Below, piece after piece: positions 1 through 14,162 of a stretch of 64,000 bases of DNA (positions within the stretch are counted from its first letter, which is position 1; each line of letters starts with the position of its first letter). A model generated the notes under the pieces. It ran no database searches and was not told the origin of the DNA. It saw only the letters and a list, made by a program, of their open reading frames with translations. Source of the DNA: Veleropilina oligotropha (Eukaryota); NCBI GenBank assembly GCA_048128005.1, contig JBEUKZ010000092.1, positions 62,001-126,000 of the forward strand, given 5' to 3'. The translations under genes were made by a program, and so were the position numbers.

Positions 1-107
1 CCAATATAGTCCTATACTATTTCAACCTCCCTTACAGATTCGTGACTAAAATTACCATAATCTTTCGATTCAATTTAATAAGAAACTTGTTGTGGCATAT
101 AATAAAA

Positions 108-277
108 ATGTTATCAGTTATTGTGTGGATTCTGGCACATCGGAAACCTCTCGTGACGTCGTAGTTTTTGCGGCGGATAAATCGCTCGAACTTCGTTCTC
201 GCGTTTAATCCGCCGCAAGAACTACGACGTCACTCGAGGTTTCCGATGTGTCAGAATCCACACAATACTGATAACAT
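108..277. repeat. ~170-bp near-perfect palindrome (hairpin-type non-autonomous element)
   Basis: atgttatcagt..gtggattctggcacatcggaaacctc… mirrored by …gaggtttccgatgtgtcagaatccacacaatactgataacat. Confidence 0.8.
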
Positions 278-372
278 CTATGTATTAATGCTGTAAATAT
301 CTGCATACGACTAGGCAGATAATCCCAGATTGTATAACATAAATATCACTATTAATGTAACTAGCTACTCGC

Positions 373-458
373 CTCCACCCATTCCGTTGATCCAATCAAT
401 CCGTATTCTTCGGCACCCCAGCTGCAAAATATTATGGTCCTTCGTGGGCGCCACTTTC
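373..458 (-). CDS. NAALADase-like gene A exon 9 (catalytic EE motif); gene continues beyond window start
   Basis: [28 protein letters not shown]; ctgcag acceptor; donor reads GAG|GCGAGT. Confidence 0.93.
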
Positions 459-695
459 CTGCAGTAAATATATTTGGTTGGCGAAATAAATGACTACAAA
501 TCAGTGTCATACCGAGAATGTCCATATTATCACTGGAGAAAATCTCGGTCGCCCGAGAACATGTCTCGTTTGAACAACAAATGACTGTTAATTTCACTAA
601 ATTCCCAATCCTGTAATTCAGAGCAGTCAGACGAATAAAGTGGGAGCAACATTCTTATATATCACACCACTATAATAATAATACATTTTTAATAG

Positions 696-958
696 GGGCC
701 GCTTCGGCAGCGCAGTGGGTAAGAGTGTCCACTCTAAATTCACTGGCTTGATTCCGCTAATGCGAACAGTAGTGGGTTCAATACCTGGCTGCGGCATTGA
801 CATTTGTTCAAGTTATGAATCACAGTTGTCCGCGACTGGCCGAAGAGGGTGGGTTTACCCGGGCGACCGGGGTTTCCTCCAGCGATAACACGGACATGTC
901 CTGCCTTGAACCTCGATGTTGTAAATATACAGGACATTAAGCATAATTCCTCCCTCCC
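696..958 (+). mobile_element. tRNA-headed SINE family A, full length
   Basis: A-box/B-box-like head (gggttcaatacc), CCT-rich tail, 13-bp TSD acatttttaatag (683-695, 959-971); several copies in window. Confidence 0.85.
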
Positions 959-1320
959 ACATTTTTAATAGTAATAAATGTATTTACCATAACACAACAT
1001 AATAGTTATTATATATACAAAATAATTATATACGCACACACATACATACATATATACATATAATGTAATATGTAAATATATAAATAACATTTTGTTTAAT
1101 ACATTAAGAAAAAAATGTATAAATATAATAAATATGTTGTTATGGAAGGACGATCTATGAAACCATCACGGGCTTATTATAGTTAGATACCATTTTTTGC
1201 TGTGTCGACTAGACGAAAGAGAGACATAACACGAGCCAATTTGGTCGGGATGAATTGAGAATATTTTTTTATCTCGGAACTTTGCTACCAATGACCAATT
1301 TTCACAAATTAAAGTGAAAC

Positions 1321-2451
1321 TATGGTGTACTGTTAGGGCCAACTTTCGATCTTCGCTCCTTCGTGATTCGCTCCTTCGCATCTTCGCTCCTTCGCGTTCG
1401 AAAATTTGAAATCACTGGCTCCTTTGAGCTAATTACAGGAGTAAGATCGAATCTCGGCTGGGACATTAACATTCTTTGTTCGCCTATCAAACGCAGTTCA
1501 CCGAAACTGGCCGGAGATGGCGGGTTTCCACAGGACATACAAATCAATCCATCAAATTCATCTCTTGTAGTCTACTAACGGGATATCACGGGTTCAAGCC
1601 CCGTGAGAGCCCGGGATTTTTCCAATGATCGCTGCCTCTATTGCACACAGCACCACTTCGTTTCATCATTCAAGGTTGATTGACCCGAATCATAACTAAA
1701 ATACTGTTGGCGTGGTCGTTAAACATCAATTCATCGTCATCAACGTCATCATCATCATCATCATCTCTTTTACCAGTTACACCAGATTTTCATCATTCGA
1801 ACCAATAATATTCTCAATCTAGTTTGCATCTACACTGCTTACATAGCTATTAGGCCATACTTCTGAGGGTTTTTATATGATCTAAAATCACATAGTGACT
1901 GTCACTAAATATAGTTTCTCATGGCCTGGTGGGTATCATCATTCAAAGCTGCATTGACCGTACAAATTAGATAAAAATGCTTTTGATTTTAGAAACCCTA
2001 GTCCGTAAACGTATTCATGTCAGTTAGCAAAAACTTTCCCAAAAAATTCTCTAGACGGAGTTACTTTTCAAGCGCCTATGAATTAAACCAACGCCTGACA
2101 TTACATATTGATATTACGTGTTTATAATTTGTCATTATTTTGCAGTAATTCAGGAAATGACGGGTTTAAATGCAATAATCCATAACTGCAAGGAAGTGTG
2201 GGTATCAATTAATATTTCAATATTAATCACTTAAAATTAATGAAAACCAAATGAAAGTAACAATGACATGCCGTTCAAGTCACATTGATTCTGACTGGTA
2301 AACATAAAAAAAATATAATAACTTCCGAACGCGAAGCAGCGAAGGAGCGAAGCACGAAGGAGCGAAGGTAGCTTCGCTCCTTCGCGTTTTCGCTGTTCGC
2401 CTTTAGGTCGAAGGAGCGACGATCGAAAATTGGCCCTAACAGTACACCATA
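1321..2451. mobile_element. Non-autonomous TIR DNA transposon with nested SINE
   Basis: ~31-bp TIR tatggtgtactgttagggccaa…/…ttggccctaacagtacaccata; subterminal ttcgctccttcg repeats. Confidence 0.8.
1567..1765 (+). mobile_element. SINE family B, 5'-truncated copy
   Basis: High similarity to 25287-25500; (CAT)n tail. Confidence 0.8.
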
Positions 2452-2497
2452 TGAAACCCTATACCAAACAATGCGTTTATGACGTTCACAGACTTAC

Positions 2498-2617
2498 CAC
2501 TCTTTACAAGTTCCCCCATCACCCGCGTAGCTTCCATCATCACTGCGGTCCCGCTGGACGGATCAATGGCACCAAATACCCACGCATCTCGATGATTGCC
2601 CATCAGAATATACCGAT
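2498..2617 (-). CDS. NAALADase-like gene A exon 8 (zinc ligands His and Asp)
   Basis: [29 protein letters not shown]...; aag acceptor, gtaagt donor, 120 nt. Confidence 0.95.
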
Positions 2618-3668
2618 CTTATATATAAAAATAATAACAAATACACAATTCAGATGAAGCAGCAAACCCGTGTTCTGTCAGTGAGAATTATTTGTGTTCT
2701 ATTGGAATCGATTGGTGCTTAACGTTATATTTTAACACCTTTCTGATTCATTTTCATTTTATCGCGGAAGGAGATCCCGGTCTACACTGGCCAGGTATGG
2801 ACAAATGTCACTGTTAATTTAACAGAGTGCCCAGCCGAAGCTTCGAGGTCACTTCTGTTAATCAGATCATTCTAGCGATTGAATTTGAAACTACGCACTT
2901 ATCCACTACACTAAACCAGATTCCCTCGAAAATCGTGTGACAAATGAAACCCTTGAGGAAATCTTAATTTATATCGGTTGATTAATGCATAAATTGTAAA
3001 ATGGCATGTCGTGAACTTGCTTTTTCTGACTATGTTGAAGATCGAATTACGCGAATATATGCTTCATTTACTTTGATGAGATTATCTGACAATACATCAA
3101 TCATCAGCGTTAGGCCTACTAACACGATTTATCATTAATTCTAAATGCGATATAAATTATACAATATATTTAAAGACCTAAAATATAGTTAATTAATAAC
3201 GTTACTTACTTTTCATTCGTTTTTTACTCATTACAAGGATAGACTTATCGGTATGAAGTATGAAATCTCCATATCCTTAAATGTCTACCAAGTTTCCTAA
3301 ATAAACGCTACCGTGTGAATGGTGATTGTGTGGCAGAACGATGCATTCTTTGGAAGAGAAAGCACCATCATATCTGATTTTCGTTGGATTGGATTTGTTC
3401 CCTGCTTGTTTTCTTTTTAACATCATATAAGGTCATATCAAGACATGTCCATATTAACTCGGGAGGAAAGCCACGGAATGTCCACCATCACCGACAAGCT
3501 TAAAAGTGTGATTGCCAAGAATTCGAACTCACCATGTTAATCAGAGCTACCAAGCGAATGAATAGGATCCAAGCTCTTACCACATACACTACTTGGTGGT
3601 TCGTAAACCGAAACTGTTCGTAGGAAGATTATCGATTTCTTACGTATATGTGTTCTGGTTTAACTAAC

Positions 3669-3754
3669 CTGGTTCGACGGCTCCTTCGATGATACCGAAG
3701 GCGTTATACGCTGTGACGTTCTTATTACTGGTGGAAATTCGCATCTTTGCTTTT
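3669..3754 (-). CDS. NAALADase-like gene A exon 7
   Basis: KAKMRISTSNKNVTAYNAFGIIEGAVEP; ttgcag acceptor, gttagt donor. Confidence 0.92.
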
Positions 3755-4623
3755 CTGCAAGAAAGGATCAGAAATGTTCACGAACATTAAAGATTTTTTA
3801 AATTTGATGACATGAAAATGCATTTTTATATAAAAAGTTGTTCTATTAGAATTCAATATAATATATTATGGTTTGTATGCATAAGCCAGTTAATACGTTC
3901 TGTCACTACTGATTTGCGAGTAATATTATAATTATCCGCCAGCTAGCAATGAAACTTATTTCGTAGATCTTCACTCAGTTAACGTTACAATGAACATGCT
4001 GTACTTATTGCATAGTCCAAGCTTGTATTGTCAATATAGATTGTAGATTGTCATTTCAAAGCACATAAAAATATGTTAAATTGTCATCGCTTGACTCTCA
4101 ATGGGACTTTTGACAAGACGCAAAAGGAATACATATAGCTACGGAGCAACATATGTCAAATATATAATATGTCACCTGTAAGTCACTGAATATTACTAAA
4201 GCCTAACGGATATATCAGCATTTATTACGTCGCAATTCGTATAATACGCCTAATACTAGTAGTTATTGTATTGGTAACAATGATGTTACTAAATTGACAA
4301 TTATCAATTTTGTCTCAGAGTGAGATTACTGCTATCTTAAAGCCCACAGCACACTGGCCGATTTTGTCGGATACAGCCCGATTTTTCGTCCGCAACAAAT
4401 AATCGAACCTTGTCGGAGGAGATCGGGAATTATTTATCATTGCGATATATAGAAATGCAGACTACCCTCCACAAGGTTCGATTAATAATCGGGCTGTTCC
4501 CGACGAACTAGCGGCTAGTGTGCGGCTTACCATACCATTTATTTATTAATATCAGTTGATAGAACAATGAAAGATAATGGTAGTGGCATATAATATTAAC
4601 GACATGACTGCAAAATATCTCAC

Positions 4624-4716
4624 AATTGCTGTCCGCCGGAGAACCCGGGTCCGAGATTATACGGAACATTAAGGCCTCCTCTCCAAGACTCAGGGGCCTG
4701 TGGTCCTCCCATCACA
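4624..4716 (-). CDS. NAALADase-like gene A exon 6
   Basis: VMGGPQAPESWRGGLNVPYNLGPGFSGGQQ; ttacag acceptor, gtgag donor. Confidence 0.92.
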
Positions 4717-4749
4717 CTGTAAAGAACGAAACATCGGTAAGTGGAACGA

Positions 4750-5332
4750 TCTTATGATGTGATAATTATTAACATAATATGAGTTGTCATTTAATATCAC
4801 ATTTATGAAATTTATGAAACGAGGTTTCACCGAGAGAAAGATGAATATTAGTTAACGAGTTTCAACAATGTGATATGACATGACCTCGAATGTGATATTT
4901 TATGTATCATATATCTCAATATTTTAAAGAAACAAGCCGTACAACATTGCTTTTAATTTTGTTGACGCGTTCTGACATAATACTACTAACTTAATTATGG
5001 GGCAATGTAATATTGTAGAAGTAAATTTGTAAATTGATTGTTGACGTCATAAAACGATCTTACCTGGATGTTTGCACCTATTTGAAATAAATATTGGTCG
5101 TTAGTATAAGTATTTTCCCTTAGTTATGTTTTTCTGATCGACTAAATTTAATTGTAAAAAATAGTCTCACAAACAGGAAATGATCTTTTGTGACCTGCTC
5201 TGTCATTGAGTGTTCTTACCTATTGATTAAATTATCCAATATAAATTACAAGAAAGTCGATAATCAACGTGTTTATTATCTTTATTAATAAAAGCTTTGT
5301 CGCTATGCAAAATACCCCGGATATATGATATA
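4750..5332 (+). mobile_element. Hairpin (Crypton-like) repeat, diverged copy
   Basis: atcacatttatgaa…acgag…hairpin similar to the 59899 family; ends atatgataaa-like; boundaries approximate. Confidence 0.5.
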
Positions 5333-5659
5333 AAAGAACAATGATAACTCACGCAATGCATGCGTGCATCTTCTTTAATAATGGCAGACTAAATATAAAT
5401 ATGCAAAGGTGGATTAGACATAATTTTCGTCCGCAGCTAATAATAATCAGACCTTGTCGGATGATATAGGGCATTAATTAGCGCTGCGATACATTGAGAT
5501 GCAGGCTACACATGTTAAGATTAAAACATAATCGGACCGTTTCCTACGAAAATCGGCTATTGTGGTGCGGGATTAACCAACACATTCATTTAGACACTCA
5601 CACAATCACATTTCAAGGAACCCTGTACGGTCGCAGTTACGACCTTTTATTCAACTTAC

Positions 5660-5750
5660 TCTAATAACTTTTCGGCAATGTCGTAGCCAATCGGGTGAGC
5701 AGGAATACTTGGAAGACCTGCATTGCTTTCCGAAACACGATATGCAGTAC
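5660..5750 (-). CDS. NAALADase-like gene A exon 5
   Basis: TAYRVSESNAGLPSIPAHPIGYDIAEKLL; cctag acceptor, gtaagt donor. Confidence 0.93.
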
Positions 5751-5977
5751 CTAGGAAATGACAAATATATAATTGTGGATAGGATATCGTAGGTTGTTGA
5801 TGAATGCAATGTTGTAGATGAAATTCCCTGATCGTTTAATTTCTATTTTCACATTGGTTTACGACAAAAGACTAATAAGAATAGAAATAATTGGTCGTTT
5901 AATTTATATTATTATTTTAAAATCTGTTTTATTAAAACCATTTTGAATTGTAAAAGAGAAGGCGCCCTGATGCTCAC

Positions 5978-6161
5978 TTGTCGATGGATAACCCGGGGTC
6001 AGGGGATCTCCGTCTCCCAAGAAAACCGTGCCTCGCTGGGCACCCGACCCCGGTAACCACCAGTCGTCAGGATAGACCTTGGGATCATCGCCCGCAGTGT
6101 AGTCAGCCGGGTCACTGAAGATAATAATACCTTTTGCGCCATAACGTTCAGCTTGATTAAC
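5978..6161 (-). CDS. NAALADase-like gene A exon 4
   Basis: [21 protein letters not shown]...[12 protein letters not shown]...[10 protein letters not shown]; gtgag donor, phase 1. Confidence 0.95.
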
Positions 6162-7247
6162 CTGCAACATAAATGGATTTGGTTAGGTTTGGTTCGAAGC
6201 TTAATGGAGCACTTTATACCCTAAACGCATCTCGAATTTTAATAGCTCCCAAAGTCCGGTTATGATTTTACGCTTTTATAAGTTGACTTGTCCATGTTTC
6301 TTGACGCGACAATTAAGTCGCGAGGCTATCGAACGCTAGAAAATGGGTTCTAGCCACAGCCTCGTTCGAGAAAATCTAACAGCAGTGATTTTCCAAATTG
6401 TATTCCAGATATACAGTGCCCCTTTAATGTCACGTATTCAACAACCTTATAGGGTTTAAACCAGGACCTATTACCGTGAGAGAGAAACCCCGCATCCCGT
6501 GTGAAATCGCCCTAATGAAACAGTTATGTACAACTGTGCCTGTTAACTGAACAAAGAGCTCAGCCGAGGACTTAAACACACTCCAGACAGACATAGTGGT
6601 AAACCGACTGAATTGAGAACCCACGCTCTCTTATTCACTCGCCTACAGGTGCGGCCTATTACCGAGTCGAACATTAGAAATGTCATCCGGTGAGAGAATA
6701 GCAAAGCACGGCCGCAGGCCAAAAGATGTAACAATAAATATTTACATCACGGGAAATGTCTATTGAAGTGACTCCGATCGAAATTTTATATGTTGCAATT
6801 TTAACTAAAACTCGAATGCGATCTTTTTGCTGACAAATATAGCATATTGCCGATTGAGAATAAATGTTCATGGCCGTAAATATTTACACATAAATCTTTC
6901 TGCTTCAGAGCAGATATTTTTCCTTGAAAAATCCTGAACAGCTTTCAGTTTGAACTAAAAGCGAACGATTACCGCAATATGACCCAGTTTATCATTCATG
7001 TATCAGTCTTAATATGTTCTTATTACGACCTAAGATCAATCTTCGGTCGGAAATTGGAACACCAATCGAATTCACAAGACTATTTGACAAAGATGTTTTG
7101 ATATATCTTGACCTTCTTCAAATCTCTGTTATATTGCGATACGGATGCGATATATGCCGTGTGTGAAGCGATAATAATATACACCATGTGAAACTAATTA
7201 TCCCTAAAATCGTCTGAACAACAAGCCGGCGATAATACAGATGATAC

Positions 7248-7373
7248 CTTGTCTCCTCGAAATATTTTCCCATAGCGAGCGATCACGATCTTTCCCGTAA
7301 CATCAATGGAGGCATTATTTTTTATCCAATAAAAGTCTTCGGCTCTTGCATAATTCACATACACCATATCTCC
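7248..7373 (-). CDS. NAALADase-like gene A exon 3 (PA domain)
   Basis: [14 protein letters not shown]...[20 protein letters not shown] bounded, 126 nt. Confidence 0.95.
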
Positions 7374-8006
7374 CTGCAATAAGTACAAAACACATGTATA
7401 ACAAGAGCAATCAAAGGACATTGCAAACCCTCGCCACGGGGCCAAGAAGCTTGCAACATCCAAAAGAGTTCGATATCAAATTGGTTATCGCACGGCCGAT
7501 ATCACTATTAAACGAACGGGAAGATCAAAGGAAACTATTGTTACGGTGAATCGAATGAATTCTCCACATTTGGTATGATTGGATAATTGCTTAATTATCC
7601 AAGTAACATTCCTTATTGACTGATTGAATCAGTTTAGATTTACGACCATATTTTGTAATTTTTCTTTCGCATCTATAGTCGGATCCTCGGTTTAACGTCT
7701 CCTTTCGAAGAACGGGTAACGGGTTTTAAGCCATGCCATCTATTAGTTATAAGCGTTATAATAAACCACGTTGCATTTCTTATGAGTATATACCCTGTCA
7801 TGTCAGTATTATCGATGAAGATATGAGCATACCTGCCCATCCGACCAGTTATGGACCATTGTGCCTGGTAACTCCGTAATGGTTTCGAGCCGATGATTTG
7901 TGCAGCACACTGGAACGGTACGCACCTTTGAAAGTTGACTATATTGTGCATGACCAGAATGGCATAAGACGTGAGTGCATGCTATTACTTGTATACGTGA
8001 TATGAA

Positions 8007-8254
8007 AGGGTCGATGCTTAATGTCCTGTATATTTCCAGCCATCATTTGGTTCAAAGCAGGACATGTTCATATTATCGCGGGAGGAAACCGCGATCGCCA
8101 GGGGAAACTCGCCCTCTCCGACCAGTTACGGGCAACTTTGATTCATAACTTGAACAAATGTGTGATGTCCCTGCTGAGGTTTGACCCACTACTGGTCGCG
8201 TTAGCGGAATCAAGCCAGTGATTTTTCGGTGACCACACAGCTGTTGAAGAGGTC
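8007..8254 (-). mobile_element. SINE family A copy
   Basis: Reverse-complement match to 696-958. Confidence 0.8.
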
Positions 8255-8301
8255 TACTACTGGTATACAGGAGATGGATTAAAATATGAAATGATTAATA
8301 C

Positions 8302-8590
8302 CTCAATTTCTCCAGGAGCGGAATAGGCATTGAACGGTGGAACAACATTCGACTGATTTTCTCCTGGAGTCAGGATATCTTCTCTATCAGGAGACTCGTA
8401 GAGGACCGTTCCGTTATCATATATAATCGACACACGATTTGGCACGTCTGGATCGGGGTAAGACAGAAGAATATTGTATGGAGTGAGGAATGTCTTATCA
8501 AGGCCGACTTCCTTCCAGAAATCTGTGAGCATCTTTGCTTGCTCATAATCGGCGGTGGTTCCTGCCAAATGAGGATGCTCACTCAGTATC
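8302..8590 (-). CDS. NAALADase-like gene A exon 2
   Basis: tttcag acceptor; ILSEHPHLAGT...YNILLSYP...VVPPFNAYSAPGEIE; GT donor; phases 2 to 0 fit the neighbouring exons. Confidence 0.93.
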
Positions 8591-10750
8591 CTGAAATACC
8601 AGAAGTTGTCATAAATACAAATGTAGTGATATCGTTAAATAGTTTGTGAATGAACAAACAAACCATATGCATAGCCAAATTGCATGCTATGTTGTATAAT
8701 AATTGCACGCCAGAGCGTAATACTTACATATAAACACCTAGGGGTGATATAAGATATTTGACAGCGTTGATATCACTCTTTTCCTATCTGATATGCTAAC
8801 GGGATTTATAACAAGTAATACACTGATGATACCCTGCGTTATATCACCATCAAATCTCGGCTACGCCTCGATCTAATAGTGATATCACACCTCGACCATC
8901 AGTGTATTATTTAATATTTATTTTAGGTAAAAACAATGTTATCGTCAGTATTCTGCACATTGCTTCTCGTATGACGTTGTTATTGAGAAAGCCAATCGCA
9001 ATCTAATGTCGGCTTATTGTACAATCTTCAGGAATGACACTCTAAGAAATTTTATTTCTGCCCAGTGTCGAAAAAAATGTCCTTTCATTTTGCAATAGAC
9101 ATGAGTTTTCAATGGTTCTGTATGTTTCATTTATAATCCATTAAATGTTTCTCAAATCTCATGGGTCCGCGCATTTTGTGGTTGCTAGAACTTTAACGGA
9201 CAGACATGCAAAAATACAGAGGAACTAATATTGTTCTTATTGGAAGGTACAATATAAATAAACATGCTATTGATGCGGATGAATATAAAAAATTATTTAG
9301 AGTATCATTTAAATAATTAAACAATTTGCATTTTTATGATAATTTAACAATTATATGGAATGTCTAGTATTTATAGTATAAACACAGCGAACCACGAAGC
9401 ATTCTTCTGATGATGAGAGTATACATTTTCTTATATCTTATCTGGAAACTTGGTCACATGATAACAGTCCCAGCTTAGCAGAATTCGTGTTGGCTCTCTT
9501 AATAATTCAGATCGTATCCTTTATTCCCCTAGAACCAACAACATCAGCTCTTAAGTAGGTGACACGCACACATACAATTTGCAAGCACAGAGCGAAAGTA
9601 CTTGTAAGCATATATTGCAGTTATCTTGCCACATATGGACAATACCCCACATCAAATTAACGAAATTTGATGCTGCTCAAACATTGTAACGGGGCCATTG
9701 GTACATTCATTCTTTGTACAGCGAAATACGCTTTGACACATTCTCATGATAAGCGGAATATAATACTATTAAACACAAAAGAATTTCACTTGCAAATATA
9801 TCAATAACGCAAATCTATCAATAGCATATAGAAATTTGCTCACAATTGGTGACACTAAGCAGACAAATTGTATTGGAAGAAGTTGAACAAATGGCACGCA
9901 ATATATGAAAAAAATCTTCACGTCGGTTTATTGTCGAACAGACAATCTTGTGCAGCCTTTTTACAGGTGTTTGATAATTAAATAGTACAATAATTATTTC
10001 TGTGGCACTGAAACGTATTACTGTCATCGAATTGTATTAGTAAAATTGTATATAATTAGATGTTAGATGTTAGATGTATTGCAATCGGTTTCGTATGTAT
10101 GTATGTATGTTTGTCCTTTCGCATACCTCAAAAAGCATTAATCCGATTTACTTGAAATTTTCACACAAGATAGGGTGTCTCCGTGTCTCAGTTCTCATCG
10201 AAGATGGTCTGGATTGGCATCCGGGTCCGGATTTAATGACGCAATATCCGGTCTAATGATTACCGTCTGTAGCGTTAAAACACTTCGTCGTGCAAACTTC
10301 AAATTAGGCTCAAATTGTTCTTTAGATTACGGGACAATAACATGTTGAACAAGAGCAATCAGAGGAGAATGCGAACCCTCGTTCCGGGGCCAATGAAGAC
10401 GATGGCGAAAGGCAGAAACGTCTACGATCAATATTTCTGAACGAACTATAATCATAAAAATGTGATGAAAATCATAACAAAATTCAAGTAATAACAAAAC
10501 TTAATTAAATAATTTTTTTTTTTTTGGAGGTAATGGGAGTCGAACCCTGGCCTCAAGATTATTCGACAACGCTTTAAACGTTTGTATTTCCCTATTCACC
10601 CATGTCGAATTATAAATGCGATTGGAGGGTATATATATATTTGATGTTCGATTTTTGTATTTGAAATTATGCCGAACCTGACAATACTTATCTCGCAATA
10701 ACTCAATAGTTACTAAAGCGATATACCTGAAATTTTCAAAAAAGGTTGAT

Positions 10751-10846
10751 TACGGTAACCTTGCTTAATGGTGTAAATTATATCACGGCGTTAGCAGTTA
10801 CGGTAACCTTGCTTAATGGTGTAAATTATTTCACGGCGTTAGCAGT
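10751..10846. repeat. Tandem duplication, 48 bp x2
   Basis: tacggtaaccttgcttaatggtgtaaattat(a/t)tcacggcgttagcagt twice. Confidence 0.85.
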
Positions 10847-11449
10847 ATTTAAAGAGCTATCGCAACGTCTCGACGATTTTAACTTCGGAACAAAATATAT
10901 TGCAACAAATTCGCTCGAACACACAAAAAATATCGAGAAGAGTTGTAGATAATGTTTCACTCTGTCACTTGATAAAATTTGAGGTGTTTGGTGTCAGTGG
11001 TTACAGATTTACGGCCATTTGTTGCATTTTGCTTTTGTTGATTTCTAAAATGCTTATAACGTTCACATTTCACATTATTTTCTAAATATTTTTGCTTATA
11101 TCAATATAATTTCATCAGGAATAGGATTTACAAAACGAATTTACACAATTTAATTCGATTTGGCGAAATTAGAAATTGACCCTATTTTTTAAATTTAAAA
11201 TACCCCTGGCGGCCATCTTGTGTGATGTACATTCTATATAATTCATGTTGTCATTGACCCCGGATCTAAAGAACATTTAAAGCCTAATTTCAAGGTTTTC
11301 AGACGAAGCGTTTTAAAGCATAAACCAAAAATCCGCAAACCGGAAATTGCATTATAAAATCCGGACCATCTTCGAGGAGGACCGAGCCATCGATATAACA
11401 TACATTATGTACAAATTTGAACATAATCGGATCAATAGATTTCGAGTTA

Positions 11450-12057
11450 AGGGCTGGGCACACAGGATGCGTATGCGTCACGTCACGGACACGGCATGGA
11501 TTTTCTTCACGCGGCAACATGCGTAATAAAACGCAGGCTTGTCTACACAGAAATGCGTTGATATGTGCCAGATCGCACAAATATATTATACACGATCGAC
11601 ATATGCGATGAAATATTATAAAACAGAGTGGCTATGGCGAGCCACAAATTTAAGAAGTGCATCATCATAATTTTTGCACACATGATCATACTATACAGAG
11701 CTTGTATGGTGTTTCTGTTGTTTTTGTTGTCCCAGCCACAATGATCGTTCTGCGATGCAAGTGATGAGTAGAAGAAACCAAGGAGATTCCCAATTGAACC
11801 AGAAGTAGTTTTCAGCGGTAGCATGTAGCGTATAAAAACATGTAAAAATCGAAGACGCCGGATCCGTCAATCTGTTCTCAACGCACATGGACTTGGCCTA
11901 AATTGACGCATCCGTCACCTGATATACCGTACGCACCGTGCCGGATCGGTTCCGCACCCAGTGTGGCCTGACACATGCTTTTTCAACTATATTGATAAAT
12001 TGACGGATCGGATACGTCCCGTGACGTGACGCATACGCATCCTGTGTGACCAGCCCT
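11450..12057. mobile_element. PIF/Harbinger-like MITE
   Basis: ~40-bp TIR agggctgggcacacaggatgcgtatgcgtcacgtcacgg; TTA on both flanks. Confidence 0.8.
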
Positions 12058-13044
12058 TTATGCGAATGGACAAACATGATTTTTAATGTGGGAAAAATCA
12101 TTTTTGTCCCCTCTTTGGCAGCCACCTTGTATAATGTAGATGCTATATAATTCATAATATCATTGCCCCATGAAGTCAACAACATTTTGAGCTTAATTTG
12201 AACTTTGTAGGGCGAAGCGTTCCAACTCTACAGCCTATTATCCAAAAGCAGGAATTGCGTTATACATGCTACGGAAAATATAATTTGGACGAACGCGCTC
12301 ACCCACGGACGGTCTGCATTTTAATATCCCTCGCAAATGTTTGTTGGCATGGAATAATTATATTTCATTTAATTTATAGAACGGAAAGTCAGTGTATCGG
12401 AAATGTTTTCTTGCATTAAATTTTCCCAAATTGTTACCCTAGTGTTGAAATTATATAAAAGTGAGGCGTGCGTTTCTTTTTTGGTTGAGTATATTTGTAA
12501 ATAAATTACGTTTATCAAAAGTGTCATTTACTCGATCCTCATAAACATATAAGTCTAGACATCAAAATTATTATGATGTGGACTGCTAAAAGGTGATTAA
12601 TTTACGATCGCCGTATATTCGCCCAGTTGTTATGACGTCTTCAAATGCCGCATTATCCACATACAAAACGATGCAACATTTTAATGAAAACATTAAAGAT
12701 ACAAAAATAGCTATTAATGTCATATGTGTTAGTGTATTGGAAAAAATAGTGCAAGTGACATTATAACAGCACATCATGGTTCATCTTTCAAGTGTAAATA
12801 CCAATGTGTGTTGAACGCGTATACCTCTTTCTTGGAAGCCTTTAATAAATGAATAGCTAACGAAATGTTATTGCTCTTTATATAATAGTTAATCATTGGT
12901 CCAAAGCTGGAATTCTATGCTAGTTGTATGGAAACGCACTACTGCCACCGAAATGTATTGCTTGCCTTATTTATAAAACATAATAACTGGTATATAAGTC
13001 AATAATTTGCATATACAAGTGAATGTAAATCGTACATATACAAG

Positions 13045-13295
13045 GTCGCTCCGGTAGTTGCGTGGCATCGAGTGCCGACTCTGAAATCAATTGCTCAATT
13101 ACGCTAGCTAATGGGAGTGTGTTCGAATCCTATTTGGGGCAGTGACATTCTTTGTTCATTTATCAATCGCAGTTGTCCGTAACTGACTGGAGAAAGTGGG
13201 TTTCTCCGATCGACCGGGATTTTCTCCCGCTATAAGATAAATATTTCCTGTCTTGAAGCTGAAGGTTGTAAAAATACAGGACATCAATTCATCAT
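13045..13295 (+). mobile_element. SINE family A, diverged copy
   Basis: Similar to 696-958 throughout. Confidence 0.7.
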
Positions 13296-13587
13296 CATAA
13301 ATCAATAAGTTTTTCCATTTTACTATATAGGTCGTTATGTATGTATGTGAATCACTAGCATTATCACACATACCAAGCAGAGGTTTAGCGAGGGATGTTT
13401 TGTATATATCGCACAGGGGGTGTCAGTATATTATCTATTCAACATATCAAGAAATATATTGCAAATTTAAAGGTGTAACCCCTTAAACATTAATGGAATA
13501 CGCGATAGCACTTCATAGACACGCTATCAAACGCAGGCTCGTCCATACAAATCAGCTTCTGCCTGTTCAATTGCTTTGTTCTCAAGT

Positions 13588-13910
13588 TAATAATAATAAT
13601 AATAATAATACTCCGGTCTTATATAGCGCATTATTACGCTAGTGTCTCAATGCGCTGATCATTATTACCCCTGGTTATGGGCCTATTCCATTCGATATGC
13701 CATCTCAACTCCCTCTGGGAGCATTACAGTCATTTACACGCGGGTAGCGCCGTGACTTACATAACTGCCTACCAGGTACCCATTTATATCGGCTGGGTGG
13801 ACCGAGGCAAATATATGCTTATTTCCTTGCCCAAGTGAAATCGCCGAGCTTTGGGGGCGAACTCAAGACTCTGTGACCAGAGTCCTGTGAACAACCCACT
13901 GAGCCACTGG
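13588..13910 (-). mobile_element. SINE of a third family, (TTA)n tail
   Basis: (aat)n run, core ggtacccatttat..ggctgggtggac, tRNA-like head at the right end. Confidence 0.6.
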
Positions 13911-14162
13911 TGTATGCTAATTGTTACAGACTTGCGAACGACATTTTGAAATGATCTCTGGTGAAGTCAAATCGTATGTCCATTCGCAAGTTACATGTAA
14001 TTTCACTACATATTTAAAAGAACGAATGGCTTTGCAAAAAGAGTCCACAGACATAATTTAGATTATTGATGCCAAATTTCAAATATGAACGTCACAGAAT
14101 CACATTATCTATTATTTCTTTTCATCATTATATATACTATTTACTGCTGTTCAACTTCGTAC

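Noticed and set aside
740..937. Recurrent ORF MSCIFTTSRFKAGHVRVIAGG… (also 8021, 40693, 56413)
   Set aside because: Antisense reading of SINE family A; it recurs because of the repeat, not because it is a gene family.
10385..10430. Hammerhead-like atgaagac…gaaacgtc (similar strings near 14935-14975 and 62450-62480)
   Set aside because: Core CUGANGA incomplete and stems do not pair.
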